Assembly (NCBI GenBank): GCA_963729045.1
Contig: CAVSMN010000010.1
Location: 1 to 64,000 of the forward strand
DNA length: 64,000 nucleotides
Direction of reading: 5' to 3'
From: an uncultured Nitrososphaeraceae archaeon
Lineage (GTDB): Archaea > Thermoproteota > Nitrososphaeria > Nitrososphaerales > Nitrososphaeraceae
Shown here piece after piece: positions 24,373 through 36,074 of the stretch (its first letter is position 1; the number at the start of each line of letters is the position of its first letter). The position numbers and the translations under genes were made by a program. Below the pieces are notes generated by a model. It had not been told where the DNA came from and did no database searches. It worked only from the letters and a program-made list of their open reading frames with translations.

Positions 24373-25681
24373 TTGCATATAAGAATGAATGATCGTTTAA
24401 TGAAGCAATCATCACCAGATATTGATAAACTCGCGGGAATTGAATATTATACAACAGAGTTCAATGGAATAGGCGGAACTATAAAAAAAAATACGGAGGA
24501 TTTTCATGTACAGGAAATAATAAGTAATATTTTCTTAAAACAGATCTCTCCTGAGCAGACTACAAGCAATATTTTCCCAGTTTATGAAATAAGAAAAAAA
24601 GGAATGGATTCAAGCCATGCAGTTCTGACTTTGAGAAAAAAAACCGGTCTTGATTCTTAAAATAGTGGGCATAAAAGATGCAAAAGCCACTACAATTCAA
24701 TACGCTAGCAGTTCTGCAAGAAAGTTCATAAAGAATATCGACCTTGGAAAAATAAAATTAACACTGATTGGCTTCTCAAGAAAACCAATTGAAAAGAACA
24801 ATTTGGTTGGAAACACGTTTGATATAAGAATTGTTGAACCAAAAATGGACAAATTAAACAACATCACACAATTTTTGTCTGATATTAATAAATTGGGTAA
24901 CTATTACGGATTACAAAGATTTGGAAGTGAACGGTTGGTGACTCATCTAGTTGGAAAAGCCATTCTTGAAAGAAAATTTGATAAGGCGACAGAGATTTTA
25001 TTGACTTACACCACAAAATATGATTCAAAATTTAGTCGTGAAATCAGGGAAAAATTGAGAGACATCAAAAGTAATCCAAATTTACTACGCGAAATCCCTC
25101 CTGGAATGGATATAGAGAAAAATCTAGCTCAGGCAATATTAATGGGAAAAGACTCTATTTCGGCCTTGAGAACTATCCCCATTAATATTAGAAGGCTATT
25201 CGTCCAAGCGTTCCAGGCGTATCTTTTTAATAAGACCTTAAGTATCGCTATTAGAGATGACTTCTCCCTCACCGTACCTGAAGAAAATGATCTCTGTTTT
25301 GACGTTTTTGAAGATAGTTTGATCTTTGGAAAAATTCGCAAATATGAGAAGGAAAAATTTATGGACAATAAAATGCAGAGATTGCCAATTATTAGATTAC
25401 CAGGATATTCTTTCCAACCTGGAAAAAATAGATTTGACAAGATATTAAAAGAATTCATGAAACATGAAAATATAACTGCCAAAGATTTTTTTATCAAGGA
25501 AATGCAGGAATTAAGTGAATCAGGCGGTTTCAGACAAGCATGTTATGTATGTAAAAACTTCAAATATAAAAGAGAAGATAACTCATTATTGGTTGAGTTC
25601 TCTGTACCAAAAGGATCATACGCAACCGTTTTGTTAAGAGAATTAATTAAACCCGCTAATCCTATTGAGTCAGGTTTTTAG
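24373..25681 (+). CDS. truD: tRNA pseudouridine(13) synthase TruD/Pus7 (frameshift near 24650)
   Basis: EDFHVQE, GIKDAKATTIQ, GNTFDI, NYYGLQRFG and FSVPKGSYATVLLRE. Confidence 0.92.
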
Positions 25682-25775
25682 AACAATTTGTAAATGGAGT
25701 TGCTGACGTTTTTGCAATGAACGAGGATAATAAATAGAAATAATTATGACCATGTATAAATACATAAACTAGTGA

Positions 25776-26063
25776 GTGTGGGATAAGATTTCGGCCAAGA
25801 ATGATTTACCACTATTCAAAGCATTCATAACAATAGGAATATTAGTCATTTTTTTCGGATTAGCATTTATAATTATTGATTTGGTTGTAAACGAATTTAC
25901 AGAAGGTTTGAGACTAATAGGTAGTAGATTCATAATAGTAGGCATAGTAACGATAGCCATAGCTTTTGTCTATAAACATCATGTAGTAATAGGGTTCATA
26001 CTCAGACAATTTAAAAATAGATTGACAGATCAGGACAGATTTTCAAAATGGTACAAGCCATAA
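25776..26063 (+). CDS. Small two-TM membrane protein
   Basis: Two hydrophobic helices. TATAAATA lies upstream. Confidence 0.65.
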   Translation: MWDKISAKNDLPLFKAFITIGILVIFFGLAFIIIDLVVNEFTEGLRLIGSRFIIVGIVTIAIAFVYKHHVVIGFILRQFKNRLTDQDRFSKWYKP

Positions 26064-26200
26064 GTAAAATATATACTCTGGCTACTATCTGCTTGTAAAT
26101 TATCCGCAAGTTAGTACTACGCATGATGGATGAATTCAAATTAAGATATAGACCAAACCAAAAGTTAAAAAGAAAAATTCTAACAAGTTGATTTAGCTAG

Positions 26201-26941
26201 TTGACAATTGAAGAAATAAGATATGATTTTAGAGAACATCCTGAGCAATTTCACAGCTATTTTACAAAAATCATGAAGTTGATAATAATATCCAAACTAA
26301 ATTGTCTTGAAAAGAACCTCACATCTTTGAAATATTTCAATGAGGTAATAAGCAGGATTGAAGGATGTGATGTTCACAAGGTAAAATATGGAAAGCCCAT
26401 GATATTTACTAAATTCTTTGGTTATGAATTCAATTATCATACAGTAAGAGTCAAGATAAAAATTACTGACAAGTATGCAATAGACATATCCTTAGAGTCA
26501 ATTATCCCAGATTTTGTGAAAGCATTTGACAAACTAAGTACTGATACGAATGAAATCAACTGGAATACAAGTAAGCATTCAACAAATGGGATTAAATTTG
26601 GAGATGATCAAGAGAGAAATTCCCAAGATGAGTCAAATCTTCAATTGATTGAGAAGGAAGCCAAATTAACTTTCCATTTATTGGATTCATTCATCCAAAC
26701 ATTATATCTATTGATGACTCAACCAGCCGTAAATACTAATAGTCTAAGTGGTCGAAATATTGAAATCAAAGATATTTCGGTCTCTAGAAAAATTCTAAAT
26801 ATTGAAATGCTCGTGGATGAAAAAACAGTAATTTTGGATTTTCTCCCAAAGTCTAAAAATGGTGTGGTGGTTTCAATAGACAATGATGAAAAGATTGGAG
26901 AAACTATCAGGACTGTGATGTTACAAAATACTTTTAACTGA
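26201..26941 (+). CDS. Hypothetical protein
   Basis: 246-aa intact ORF with typical composition. Confidence 0.7.
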   Translation: MTIEEIRYDFREHPEQFHSYFTKIMKLIIISKLNCLEKNLTSLKYFNEVISRIEGCDVHKVKYGKPMIFTKFFGYEFNYHTVRVKIKITDKYAIDISLESIIPDFVKAFDKLSTDTNEINWNTSKHSTNGIKFGDDQERNSQDESNLQLIEKEAKLTFHLLDSFIQTLYLLMTQPAVNTNSLSGRNIEIKDISVSRKILNIEMLVDEKTVILDFLPKSKNGVVVSIDNDEKIGETIRTVMLQNTFN

Positions 26942-26965
26942 GGTTTCAAATGTTTTGGTACATAT

Positions 26966-27472
26966 TTAGATGCTTCCTACTGCGCCCCTATCTAGTAATG
27001 CAGCCAGGAACAGTATTCCTATTGATAGACCAACAGTTAATCTACCTAATAAGATTATTTTATTTCTTAAATATGAAAAATATTCATCGGGGACATCTCT
27101 TTGCAGAATACGAGATTCAACATTCTTGTTTAGAAGTAAAATGTGAATAACGTACACAATTATCATCACAAATACTAATATGATTTTAGCTAAGAGAAAA
27201 TATCCGTATGTAGATTCGAATAGGAAGGAAGGCTGATCCAAAAACGATCGAGCATTATACACTCCTGTAATGACTAGTATGATCAAAGAGGCACCACCTA
27301 GGTAGTTGAATCGGCGTCCTACTACAACCATGAATGAAATTCTCTTATTGGCATCAGGCATAGTCTTCTTAAGAAGAGGGGCCAAAACAATCCCTAGAAA
27401 AATAGCTCCACCTACCCATATTGAAGAAAAAACTAGATGAATCCATGTAACTAATGGATCAAGAATAAACAT
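26966..27472 (-). CDS. CopD/DUF4149-like membrane protein
   Basis: WIHLVFSSIWVGGAIF, RRF..ITGV and YGYFLLAKIILV. Confidence 0.75.
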   Translation of the reverse strand: MFILDPLVTWIHLVFSSIWVGGAIFLGIVLAPLLKKTMPDANKRISFMVVVGRRFNYLGGASLIILVITGVYNARSFLDQPSFLFESTYGYFLLAKIILVFVMIIVYVIHILLLNKNVESRILQRDVPDEYFSYLRNKIILLGRLTVGLSIGILFLAALLDRGAVGSI

Positions 27473-27560
27473 TGGATAGTGTCATATCTATATCCCATAA
27501 TATATTATTATAAACAAAGTTTTTTAATACCAATACTTTACAGATTAATTCGATAGAGTA

Positions 27561-28061
27561 TTGTTTTTAAGTAGACGCAGATTAGTATTGATAGGAACAG
27601 TTACGGTTATCATAGGAGTCATTGTATTATTACCTTTAATATTAACAATAACCTTACCTGATTTAAGCGCCGTAGACATAATAGTAAAGAATATAGAATT
27701 AGAAGACATTTCTGAAGATAATATTGCTACCTTAAAGGTAGTATTCAATATAAAGAATCCAACAAGTCAAGCGTTAACTACCTCAAAAATTGATTATGAA
27801 TTAAATGCTAACGGAGAATCAATTGGAGAGTATACAAAGTCATATATTGACATACCTCTAAATGGTAGACCGCAACTCTTGTCAAATACAGATACTAACA
27901 TTAGTGCAGTGATAGAAACACCGGTTCTTGATGAAAAAATTAGGTCGGATTTTAGGAATAATAATCAATCACTGCAAAATATCGAATGGACAATTAATGG
28001 AAATGCAATAATAGAGTCAGGATTTAGTTCAGCTCCAAAAATATTTAATGCAACATGGTAA
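27561..28061 (+). CDS. Membrane-anchored LEA_2/WHy-like domain protein
   Basis: TM anchor, then VFNIKNPT..IDYELNANG. Confidence 0.65.
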   Translation: MFLSRRRLVLIGTVTVIIGVIVLLPLILTITLPDLSAVDIIVKNIELEDISEDNIATLKVVFNIKNPTSQALTTSKIDYELNANGESIGEYTKSYIDIPLNGRPQLLSNTDTNISAVIETPVLDEKIRSDFRNNNQSLQNIEWTINGNAIIESGFSSAPKIFNATW

Positions 28062-28153
28062 ATTTCCATTTTAATTTCATATATGGTATTTTTTGAGTGC
28101 GCTTGAGTTTGTATTCGAGTTGGAGTTGGATAAAAATAAAATAAGAGACTATT

Positions 28154-28621
28154 CTAAAGTAGATCTTGTTCTGGTGGTTGCTCCTCCTGAGTTAATATGA
28201 ATTTATCAAAAGAAGTTACAATCCATTCTTCAATGATCTGACATCTAGCAGGACTGTATTGATTTGATTCATCCTCATTTGAACAAAGATGTTGATAGGA
28301 ACAACAAAGACAAGGTGCACCTTCGACCATACTTACATCAATAGGTTTTTGTTCTTCAGCATCAATGGAAATAGTCTTTTTTACGACCAGTTTATACGTC
28401 CATCTACCCCGATAAAGTGCTTTTTCTCGTGTAATTAATGACTGTTTTTCCAAATTTCCTACTAGTCTTGAACCATCTCTACTATCTAGCGAGAAAAGTT
28501 TGCATAATTCGGTTTGAAAAACACCCTCTTCGCCGCTTACGGTGATAGCGTCGAACACTTTATCAATAAGATCACTTTTAGAACGAACAGATAATTTTGA
28601 ACCAATAATTTCAGATGACAA
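28154..28621 (-). CDS. TFE-beta / RNA polymerase III C34-like protein (wHTH plus 4-Cys FeS domain)
   Basis: wHTH GVFQTELCK..SRDGSRLVGNLEKQSLITR followed by PCLCC....C...SPARC..EEW. Confidence 0.75.
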   Translation of the reverse strand: MSSEIIGSKLSVRSKSDLIDKVFDAITVSGEEGVFQTELCKLFSLDSRDGSRLVGNLEKQSLITREKALYRGRWTYKLVVKKTISIDAEEQKPIDVSMVEGAPCLCCSYQHLCSNEDESNQYSPARCQIIEEWIVTSFDKFILTQEEQPPEQDLL

Positions 28622-28946
28622 AACATATTATAAACAACAAAATGATATAAATGTCTTTATTACAAAATGGCACCACATAGTGAAAATGGACAACTTATAA
28701 AATACGATAGCGGATCTTCGAATAAGACCGACATCTACCTTGCAGAATAGGTTTATCCATTAAGGGAAGTATCTGGAATCAAATATTTTACTGGTAAAAT
28801 AGCTTCTTTTTAGGAAAAATTACAAAAGAAAGTGTCGTTATGAAAACCCAATAAATAGAAACTCCTATTAAATATGAAATAACAAACTAGATTCAAAATC
28901 AAATCTTAAATGAGTGAAAATAGGAACTTAAAATAAAAGAACTTGT

Positions 28947-29300
28947 TTGTTTTTAACTAATCTATTGATCCAACTATTCACTCTATCAATTTATGGATGC
29001 ATACCTGAACTTTCTTCCGGATGTGTAGATATGACAAACTCGTCAAGTACATATTTAGGTGTACTAATTGGTGCCTTAATTGGTGTAATTATATCTTGGT
29101 GGATTTATTATAGACAAAAGAAGACTACTGAAAAACAAGATGAAGTAATAAAAAAAATTGCAGATTTGGAAGAATTACACCTCACATTACTCAAAAAAAT
29201 AGAAAGATTAGATAAACAAAATGACAAGACCTTAAGATCTATCCTAAATATGGAAGAAAGATTTGAAAAAGAAAGAATGAAAGATGTGAAAGATCAATAA
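28947..29300 (+). CDS. Single-TM coiled-coil protein
   Basis: YLGVLIGALIGVIISWWIY followed by a charged helical tail. Confidence 0.65.
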   Translation: MFLTNLLIQLFTLSIYGCIPELSSGCVDMTNSSSTYLGVLIGALIGVIISWWIYYRQKKTTEKQDEVIKKIADLEELHLTLLKKIERLDKQNDKTLRSILNMEERFEKERMKDVKDQ

Positions 29301-29494
29301 ATCATGATGAATTAGCATTGATATAAAAGAAAAAATTTGATTTTTTGGGATTTTTTAATAAACTATATTCACAAAGTACATCAGATATAGCAGCGAAACT
29401 GTATTTGACAATATGTCATAAAAAGAACAAAATTAGGTCTACTAGTTATGTACATATTATACTTGGGGCGCAGAATAGCGTGTCTACATGCATT

Positions 29495-30178
29495 TCATTC
29501 ATTTAGATTTTTTCTTGTCGTTTTTAAGAAATCTTTAGTTAAATCTGAAACTGCAGAAATATCTTGTCCTCTCATCTGGTTTACCATTTTCTCAAAATTT
29601 TGATTACTCTGCTCGTTAGGTAGATTTTGCATGCGAAACTTTATTGATGAAATTAACTGATTGTGTATCTGTTCAAGCTCGGACGGATTCTTCTTTGGTA
29701 ATTGGTATAAATCATGGGGACCAGTAGGATATCTTGGACCAAGTCTCTTAATGTTATTATTTACAAAATCCATAAAGTAGATAAATCTAACATCCAATAA
29801 AAGTATTTTTTTATTGAATTTTCATTGAAGACATGATTTAACTTTGAGGGTACATGCCCATCTCAGAAGAGCCCATAATGCGTTGAATGGCAAAAGCAGA
29901 AGAGATAACAGAGCAAAAGTGGGATTTTCATTTCTCCAATTGTCGGTCAATTGCGAAAAAGTAAAGTCAAAAAATGGCCCTATCAATCATCAACTCATGG
30001 AAACCCATCTAATTATGATCACTATTATTAAAGACGTTACTAAATCCTCAAACTTAAGAGGACAGCAAGAGTATTGCCTAATAGTAAATTGATTAATGAT
30101 ATAAAGAGTAGATGGTCTGGATATCCTGATTTGAAAACTAAATAATAAAATTACTGGTTGGCTTTTTCTATTTGCCAT
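29495..30178 (-). pseudogene. Multi-TM membrane protein with soluble C-terminal tail, broken
   Basis: The ATG overlaps the upstream cyclase stop. Hydrophobic segments lie in shifting frames (HLLFISLINLLLGNTLAVLLSL; LVTSLIIVIIIRW; FALLSLLLLPFNALWALLRW), with an in-frame TGATGA. The tail ORF is 29495-29797. Confidence 0.5.
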
Positions 30179-31510
30179 TTATAATTTTATTGTAATAATT
30201 ATGATCAATTTTTATCATCTTACCTGTCGCCGTTAACTCGATTAGTTCATCAAAAAATTGACTACTTTGATTAAAGGTTTCACTCCCAAAAGGATGCAAC
30301 CAGAACCTTCGCCTAGTCAAGGGATGATTCTGATCCTTGGGATTAATATATTTCATGATTGGGCCAAATTGAAGTACGTATTTTCCAAACCAAAGCCCAA
30401 GTCCTACATTATGTACTATTTTGGGATATTTTATTAATATATTATCTATCTCTGAAAGATCGACATAGAATAAATTTACATTATTTTCCGAATGCCATTT
30501 TATGAAAAGTAATGAACTATTTTGATTTGCTCGAATATCATCATCTAGCTTTTCTTTTTCCATGATCAGAAACCTATAATTTTTCTTGTTTGAAGCAAGA
30601 TGCTTTAGTCGTCCTAACGATTTTTCCTGATGACTTAAGAGATTTAGAGGATCATTATTTTGTAATTCCCAGTATTGTCCTGGAGGTAAGTACGTTGCAG
30701 AAACATACTCCTGACCATTTTCAAATAATACCCTATATATCAGGCCCGTAGAAAGTAATCCAATTTCTAACCCCTTCGAAGGATTAGTTAATTCTTTGAA
30801 TTTATTTAGAATAGTTACAAACCTTGCTTCACAGAAATTTTGTATAGGGGCTACAAAGTTATCAGCAAATTTTTCATATTGAATAAAGGGTTTAAGATCC
30901 AAATTAAATTCGATATCAGAATTATCCCCATATTCATCCCTTTCATAAAACGAATATACATTCTCTAGTTCATTGTGATGTTTTAACATGATTTTACCTT
31001 TATCGTATAAAGTCAAACCGAATTTATTCTTGTCAAACAAATAATCGTTTTTTATTTTTTGATAAGCATAATCAGTTAATAATATTTGATTGGGTCTTGC
31101 TATATCCATTATTCTTCTCGCGAGAACTAACTCATGACCCCAGGGTGCAAATTCTGTATGTACACCGTCTTGGAAGGAAAGAAAAGATCCGAATCCTATT
31201 CCAATCCGTACAAAAATTTGTTCTCTATTTTCTACAGATAGTTGAACTGTTTTATGTTTTTATGAATATGAATTGAAAGTTCCAACGGATGATCATATTT
31301 TAAGAAAACGATCAACATCCCATCTCCTGTGAATGACTTGTATATTTCAGGATGTTTTTGAGTATCGAGAAATCCTGAAATCAAGTCTTTAATTCGATTT
31401 ATCTTTTCTAATTGACTCGATATGGATAAATTAGGATCAGAAGAGCCAACGATATCAATAAAAAAATACCATCCATCACCTATGCTCTGTTTAAGATCAT
31501 TTCCATTCAT
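30168..31510 (-). CDS. Class III nucleotide cyclase domain fused to an unknown C-terminal domain (1 frameshift near 31240)
   Basis: FFIDIVGSS and FTGDGMLIVF. After the shift, VRIGIGFG..WGHELVLARRIMDIARPNQILLT runs in frame into the 313-aa ORF. Confidence 0.85.
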
Positions 31511-32244
31511 ATTTCCAATTATAGTTTATTTGTTGAATGATTCCAATTTATAACTGTTAGAGTATGATGGCTTAACAATCTATTAATAATTCCAAGAAAT
31601 AGCGACGAAATAATGAACAAAAAATAAGAGTCACAAGAAAATATGTAAGATAGTCGATTTCTTAAAAATAGAGTCAGATAGATTATAATACGTCCACAAT
31701 ATCGCCAAAGTCAACCATTTCTCTTATGTTTCCAAAAGCTTTGGCAAAAGAATAGGCACTAGCCATTAGACACATATCCTCCCTTAATAGATCAAAAATA
31801 GAGAAAATGGTTTTTACGAACAAGTAATAGGATCAATGTTGATCAATCATGTTATTAAAGTCAGGTGATGATTTGATAAGAAAATATTGATACATTAAAA
31901 GTTTGTGAGTACATGTATCACAATATTCGCTCCTCGATTTAGGAACTAGAATAGTCCGCTAAATAGTAAATACATTCCTCTAAAATAAGATATCTCATGA
32001 TAAAATAAAATGCTCGATCTCAATTGAGCAACCAACCCACCTACATGTATGGACATATATCAAACACTGTTGAAATATATTTTTTAGAGAATTCTAAAAG
32101 GCGACAATTTATTATTTAATATTAGAGAAAGAAATTTATCTAACTTTAGATTTTTTTCGTTGGTTTATAGTTAGCGGTTCACTACAAAAAAATAATACAA
32201 GGATGAACATATTTATCACCTCAAATTGAACATAAAGTGTGATT

Positions 32245-33280
32245 TTGACCTCTGGCTAATTATACCTCTAGTAGTCAAGAAAATGCGATATTATGTAACG
32301 GACTTTCTAAAGTATATGGAGAACAAACAGCAGTAGATCAAATAAATTTAAAAATCAAAAGTGGAAGCATATTTGGCTTATTAGGTCCAAATGGAGCTGG
32401 TAAGACCACAGTAATTAAGATGTTAACTGGCCTGTCTAAACCAACTCAAGGGAGAGCATTAGTTGCAGGTTATGATATTACTACACAATCCTTAAAAGTC
32501 AAAGAGAACATTGGCTGGATTTCATCGGAAGTCATATTAGATGACTCGCTTACAATAATGGAGAATATTTGGATTCAAGCAAAGTTACATAGTCTTAACA
32601 ATACTTGGAAGAAAAAAGCAATAGACTTATTGAAATACATGGAATTGGATGAAAAAGACAACAAGAAGGTTGGAAAATTTTCGACTGGGATGAAAAAGAA
32701 GTTAGAAATAATCATGGCACTATTGCATGATCCCAAGGTACTGTTTATGGATGAACCAACCATCGGGCTAGACGCAAGTTCTAGAAGATTGCTTTGGAGA
32801 CTGATAAGAAAAATAAATGAGCAATACGGAGTTACAATACTATTAACTACTCATTATATCGAAGAAGCTGATGCATTATGTGACGATATCGCGATAATTA
32901 ATAATGGTAAAATTGTAGCTAGCGGCTCACCGCAAAAGCTAAAGTCTAGAGCCAACGGCGATATTATAGAAATTGATTTCTTCTCATATTTTGACTATAA
33001 GAACTTAGAAAAGGTCAATGGGATACTAGAAATAGTTCAAGTAGGTCTAGAAAATACTGATCTAATAAAAAGAACACGACCCGAGCGCGCTTTGAGGTTA
33101 CGCATCAAAGTCAGAAATGCTGAAACTATTTTACCAGAGTTAATTTCTAAAATAACAGAATTTCAACCAGCCATTATTAATTCAATCAAGATAGAAAAGC
33201 CAAATTTGGAATCAGCCTTCCTAGAACTTACCGGGAAACGATTTGATGAAATAGAAGAAGCCACCATTGATCAAAAATAG
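32245..33280 (+). CDS. ABC transporter ATP-binding protein (DrrA-like)
   Basis: The frame is open upstream of 32420 and includes Walker A GPNGAGKT. Also FSTGMKKK, LFMDEPT and TTHY. The start is uncertain. Confidence 0.9.
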
Positions 33281-33316
33281 AATCGCCTAAAATCAATAAT
33301 AAAAGTCAAGACAAGA

Positions 33317-34099
33317 ATGATCAAAATATTAAATCAGCTTAGTGGTTTGTATATAAGGGAAATAAAAACTACTTTTAGAAGCCCCGCCATAATCGTGCTA
33401 AGCATCGTCCAACCCTTATTATGGATAATTTTTTTTGGGAGCAGTTTTGCTTCGGCACCAAGAACCTTTCTTGAGGATTTTTTTCATACAGATAATTATA
33501 TAGCATTTCTCTTGGCCGGACAGCTTTCTACTTCGATGCTGTTTGTAGGAATGTTTAGTTCATTAAGCCTCATTCAAGATAAGAAATCCGGATATCTAAG
33601 AAGAATATTAGTCACACCTACCAGTAATCATACCATATTCTTATCAAAAGTATTGGGAGCTTCAACCCGTGGGATGCTACAAGTTCCAATCGTCTTTGCG
33701 GGTGTAATGTTATTTGGCGTACATATTCCAGACATATTTGGAATAACGGCTTTTATTGTATCATTATTCCTACTAAGCTTAGGTCTTTCTTCGGTATATC
33801 TATTTTTGACTATGAAAAGTTCGGACTGGCAAATCCCTACTGTAGTAGCCAACTTCATAAATCTCCCCCTGATGTTTGCAAGTACTGCCCTATTTACGAG
33901 CGAAAACTTTCCAACTTGGATGCAAACAATTTCAAACTTAAATCCTGTTTCGTTTTCGTCGACTTTTGGAAGAGAAATAATTATTTCGGGTAGTATTGTT
34001 AATGTTAACTGGATGTATTTTTCTTATCTCTTTATCTTTGCTACTTCCATGTTACTAATAGGCGTAATAGTAGCGAACAAGACTTTGAAAATTGATTGA
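33317..34099 (+). CDS. ABC-2 type exporter permease
   Basis: Six TM segments, QPLLWIIFFG and PTWMQTISNLNP. Adjacent to the ATPase. Confidence 0.9.
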   Translation: MIKILNQLSGLYIREIKTTFRSPAIIVLSIVQPLLWIIFFGSSFASAPRTFLEDFFHTDNYIAFLLAGQLSTSMLFVGMFSSLSLIQDKKSGYLRRILVTPTSNHTIFLSKVLGASTRGMLQVPIVFAGVMLFGVHIPDIFGITAFIVSLFLLSLGLSSVYLFLTMKSSDWQIPTVVANFINLPLMFASTALFTSENFPTWMQTISNLNPVSFSSTFGREIIISGSIVNVNWMYFSYLFIFATSMLLIGVIVANKTLKID

Positions 34100-34433
34100 T
34101 ATAAAATGTAGATTAGGCTTTCATTCACACCTACATACATATCACTTCTGTTAGCCATAGCACTCTATCAATTGATTATTTATTGTGACTACAAGTACAA
34201 GATACAAGGTATAAAATTAGAGTGATGGGAACCACAAGGAGCACTTGATTATATTATATGATAGATTGTTAGGTAAAGCGCAAGATGATATAAAATCGAT
34301 AAGATGAATCTTGACCCAACTTGAGATAAGGGATAACTTGAAAGTTCCTGTTATGAGAAACTTTAATTCCTGATCTCTGTTCTGAAATTACGTTAGATAG
34401 TATCTATTACCAATTCTACATTACATGGGTGTT

Positions 34434-34740
34434 CACTTATCTGTTTTTTGTCTTTTTTGTTTCTTTTCATCTAGTTTGGTATTAGAGGCAGAGGAACCGT
34501 ATTTTATAAATACTGGCAAAACTATTGGTAGAGGTATTATTTTCTTCTTGTCTATACCTTCATTGATCTGTCTTGCAGCATCGAGGGATTGATGTATTTT
34601 TGATAAGATAATATTTAGATTAGAAACTGCATCAGTGTAGGCTTTTTCAAGCAGTTGTTTATTGTTGTTTAGAATGTAGATCTGTTTGTTCAGGCCATCT
34701 ATGTTTGAAATCTGTTTGTTTATTTCTTGAGAAAAGGGGT
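34434..34740 (-). pseudogene. 3' remnant of a coiled-coil protein gene (no start codon)
   Basis: About 100 stop-free codons, PFSQEINKQISNIDGLNKQ...KRQKTDK*. Confidence 0.35.
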
Positions 34741-34899
34741 GATTTTATCCAACTTTTAATATATTATTCTGTCTTTTATAAGTATGGTCATTTTATTGGT
34801 CAATATTGGATTAAGATAGAAATACAGTCATTTTAATCAATGAATTTTCTGAAATTTCATAATATTTAATAAATCTGTATGTGAGAATCGATATGTTAG

Positions 34900-35230
34900 A
34901 AATGAAAAAATTGAACCTATTACACAATTGATATCTTCAAAAAAAGAAGCATTAGATATAATTTTTCTGTTTCTAATAGATTCAGATTTAGCCGACAAAT
35001 CTATTTATTTTCTATTTAGGACTAGTAGCATCAAGTTTATTATCTACATCATACAATCTTGTTTCATTCAAGTAATTCACAAATTCAATTAGGATTTTCA
35101 AATTATTAATATATGATCTTCAAATAACCCTTCTTTTCACATGCAATCATAAATATCATTAATAACAGAGGTATTATCTTTACTCTTTAGAGAATCAATA
35201 TTTTTTAAAAGTGTAGCAATATTGATGGAA
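34900..35230 (-). pseudogene. Integrase N-terminal remnant (paralog of 55030-55218)
   Basis: SINIATLLKNIDSLKSKDNTSVIND..NNLKILIEFVN. Clear nucleotide similarity to 55060-55218. Confidence 0.65.
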
Positions 35231-35383
35231 ATAATCTTTTTAATACCTCGATTTATGGACACGTCATAACTAATAGCCAGAGCACAAGAAACTCTTCGTA
35301 TATAAAATAGTCATATTTGAATCCAATGTTCTTCGTTCCTTCACTTTTTATTTATAATACCAAGAATATGAATCCCGATAATC

Positions 35384-35403
35384 TATGCGTTAACCGAGAA
35401 TTG
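35384..35403 (-). repeat. Degenerate att-like copy of the tRNA-Gly 3' end
   Basis: TATGCGTTAACCGAGAATTG versus TATGCGGTCACCGGGATTTG at 55377-55396 (16/20), at a similar distance from the integrase remnant. Confidence 0.6.
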
Positions 35404-35859
35404 GCATCTAGTAGAATGAGAATTCACTTGATTTAAACTTCATGATAGTCATTTGTCAAATAATAATTGACCAAATATAGAATACATGAGATGATAGAAA
35501 CAGGTTCGGTAAGATTATTTAAAGATTTTAGTAATTCGTTATTATTTGCCGGAATTTTGAAGTAATTGCGATTTCTCTTCATATTTAAACAATATATCTC
35601 TAATGCATTGGGACTCGAAGTCCGTATCATAAAATCAGAGAATGTACTTCTTTTAAACGACATATCAAATGGATGGAGGGATTTGATCTCCGTGGCTATA
35701 CTCGAGGAGACAATTATTGAAGTAAATTTGTAACAATAGATGTTATATCTTTTCATTTTTGACTTTTTGTCATCCTGAATCTACGTCTTTCGCCTGTGAG
35801 TTCAATTACAAACCCATGCGAACTCTTGAATTGAGAGTGTCTCAAGGAGGACATTCACC

Positions 35860-36057
35860 TTTAAATCGGGGAAATTTTATTGCAATCTATAAGAGGATAA
35901 ATTAATTGCTGCAAAATTAAAAGTTTTTAATACCAAAACAAAGGACCATTATGATTATTACGTTACTCCAGAAGTATTTCAATCTGTAAAAGAATGGATG
36001 GATTATGTAGTTAAGAGGAGAAATTCAATAATAGAAGAGTCTCCCTATCGGCTATAG
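35860..36057 (+). pseudogene. Internal fragment of a tyrosine recombinase
   Basis: KLIAAKLKVFNTKTKDHYDYYVTPEVFQSVKEWMDY..IIEESP resembles the catalytic-domain segment of Nitrososphaerales integrases. Confidence 0.5.
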
Positions 36058-36074
36058 CAATAGATGTTTAGAAA

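Noticed and set aside
24630..24660. Programmed frameshifting at A-runs (truD and others)
   Set aside because: No consistent slippery site or downstream structure. Indel error is the simpler explanation.
28622..28946. Searched for a third att copy marking the left island boundary
   Set aside because: No convincing match to the tRNA-Gly 3' end was found by eye.
35433..35756. 107-aa minus-strand ORF
   Set aside because: No recognisable motif, atypical composition, and it lies among integrase debris.
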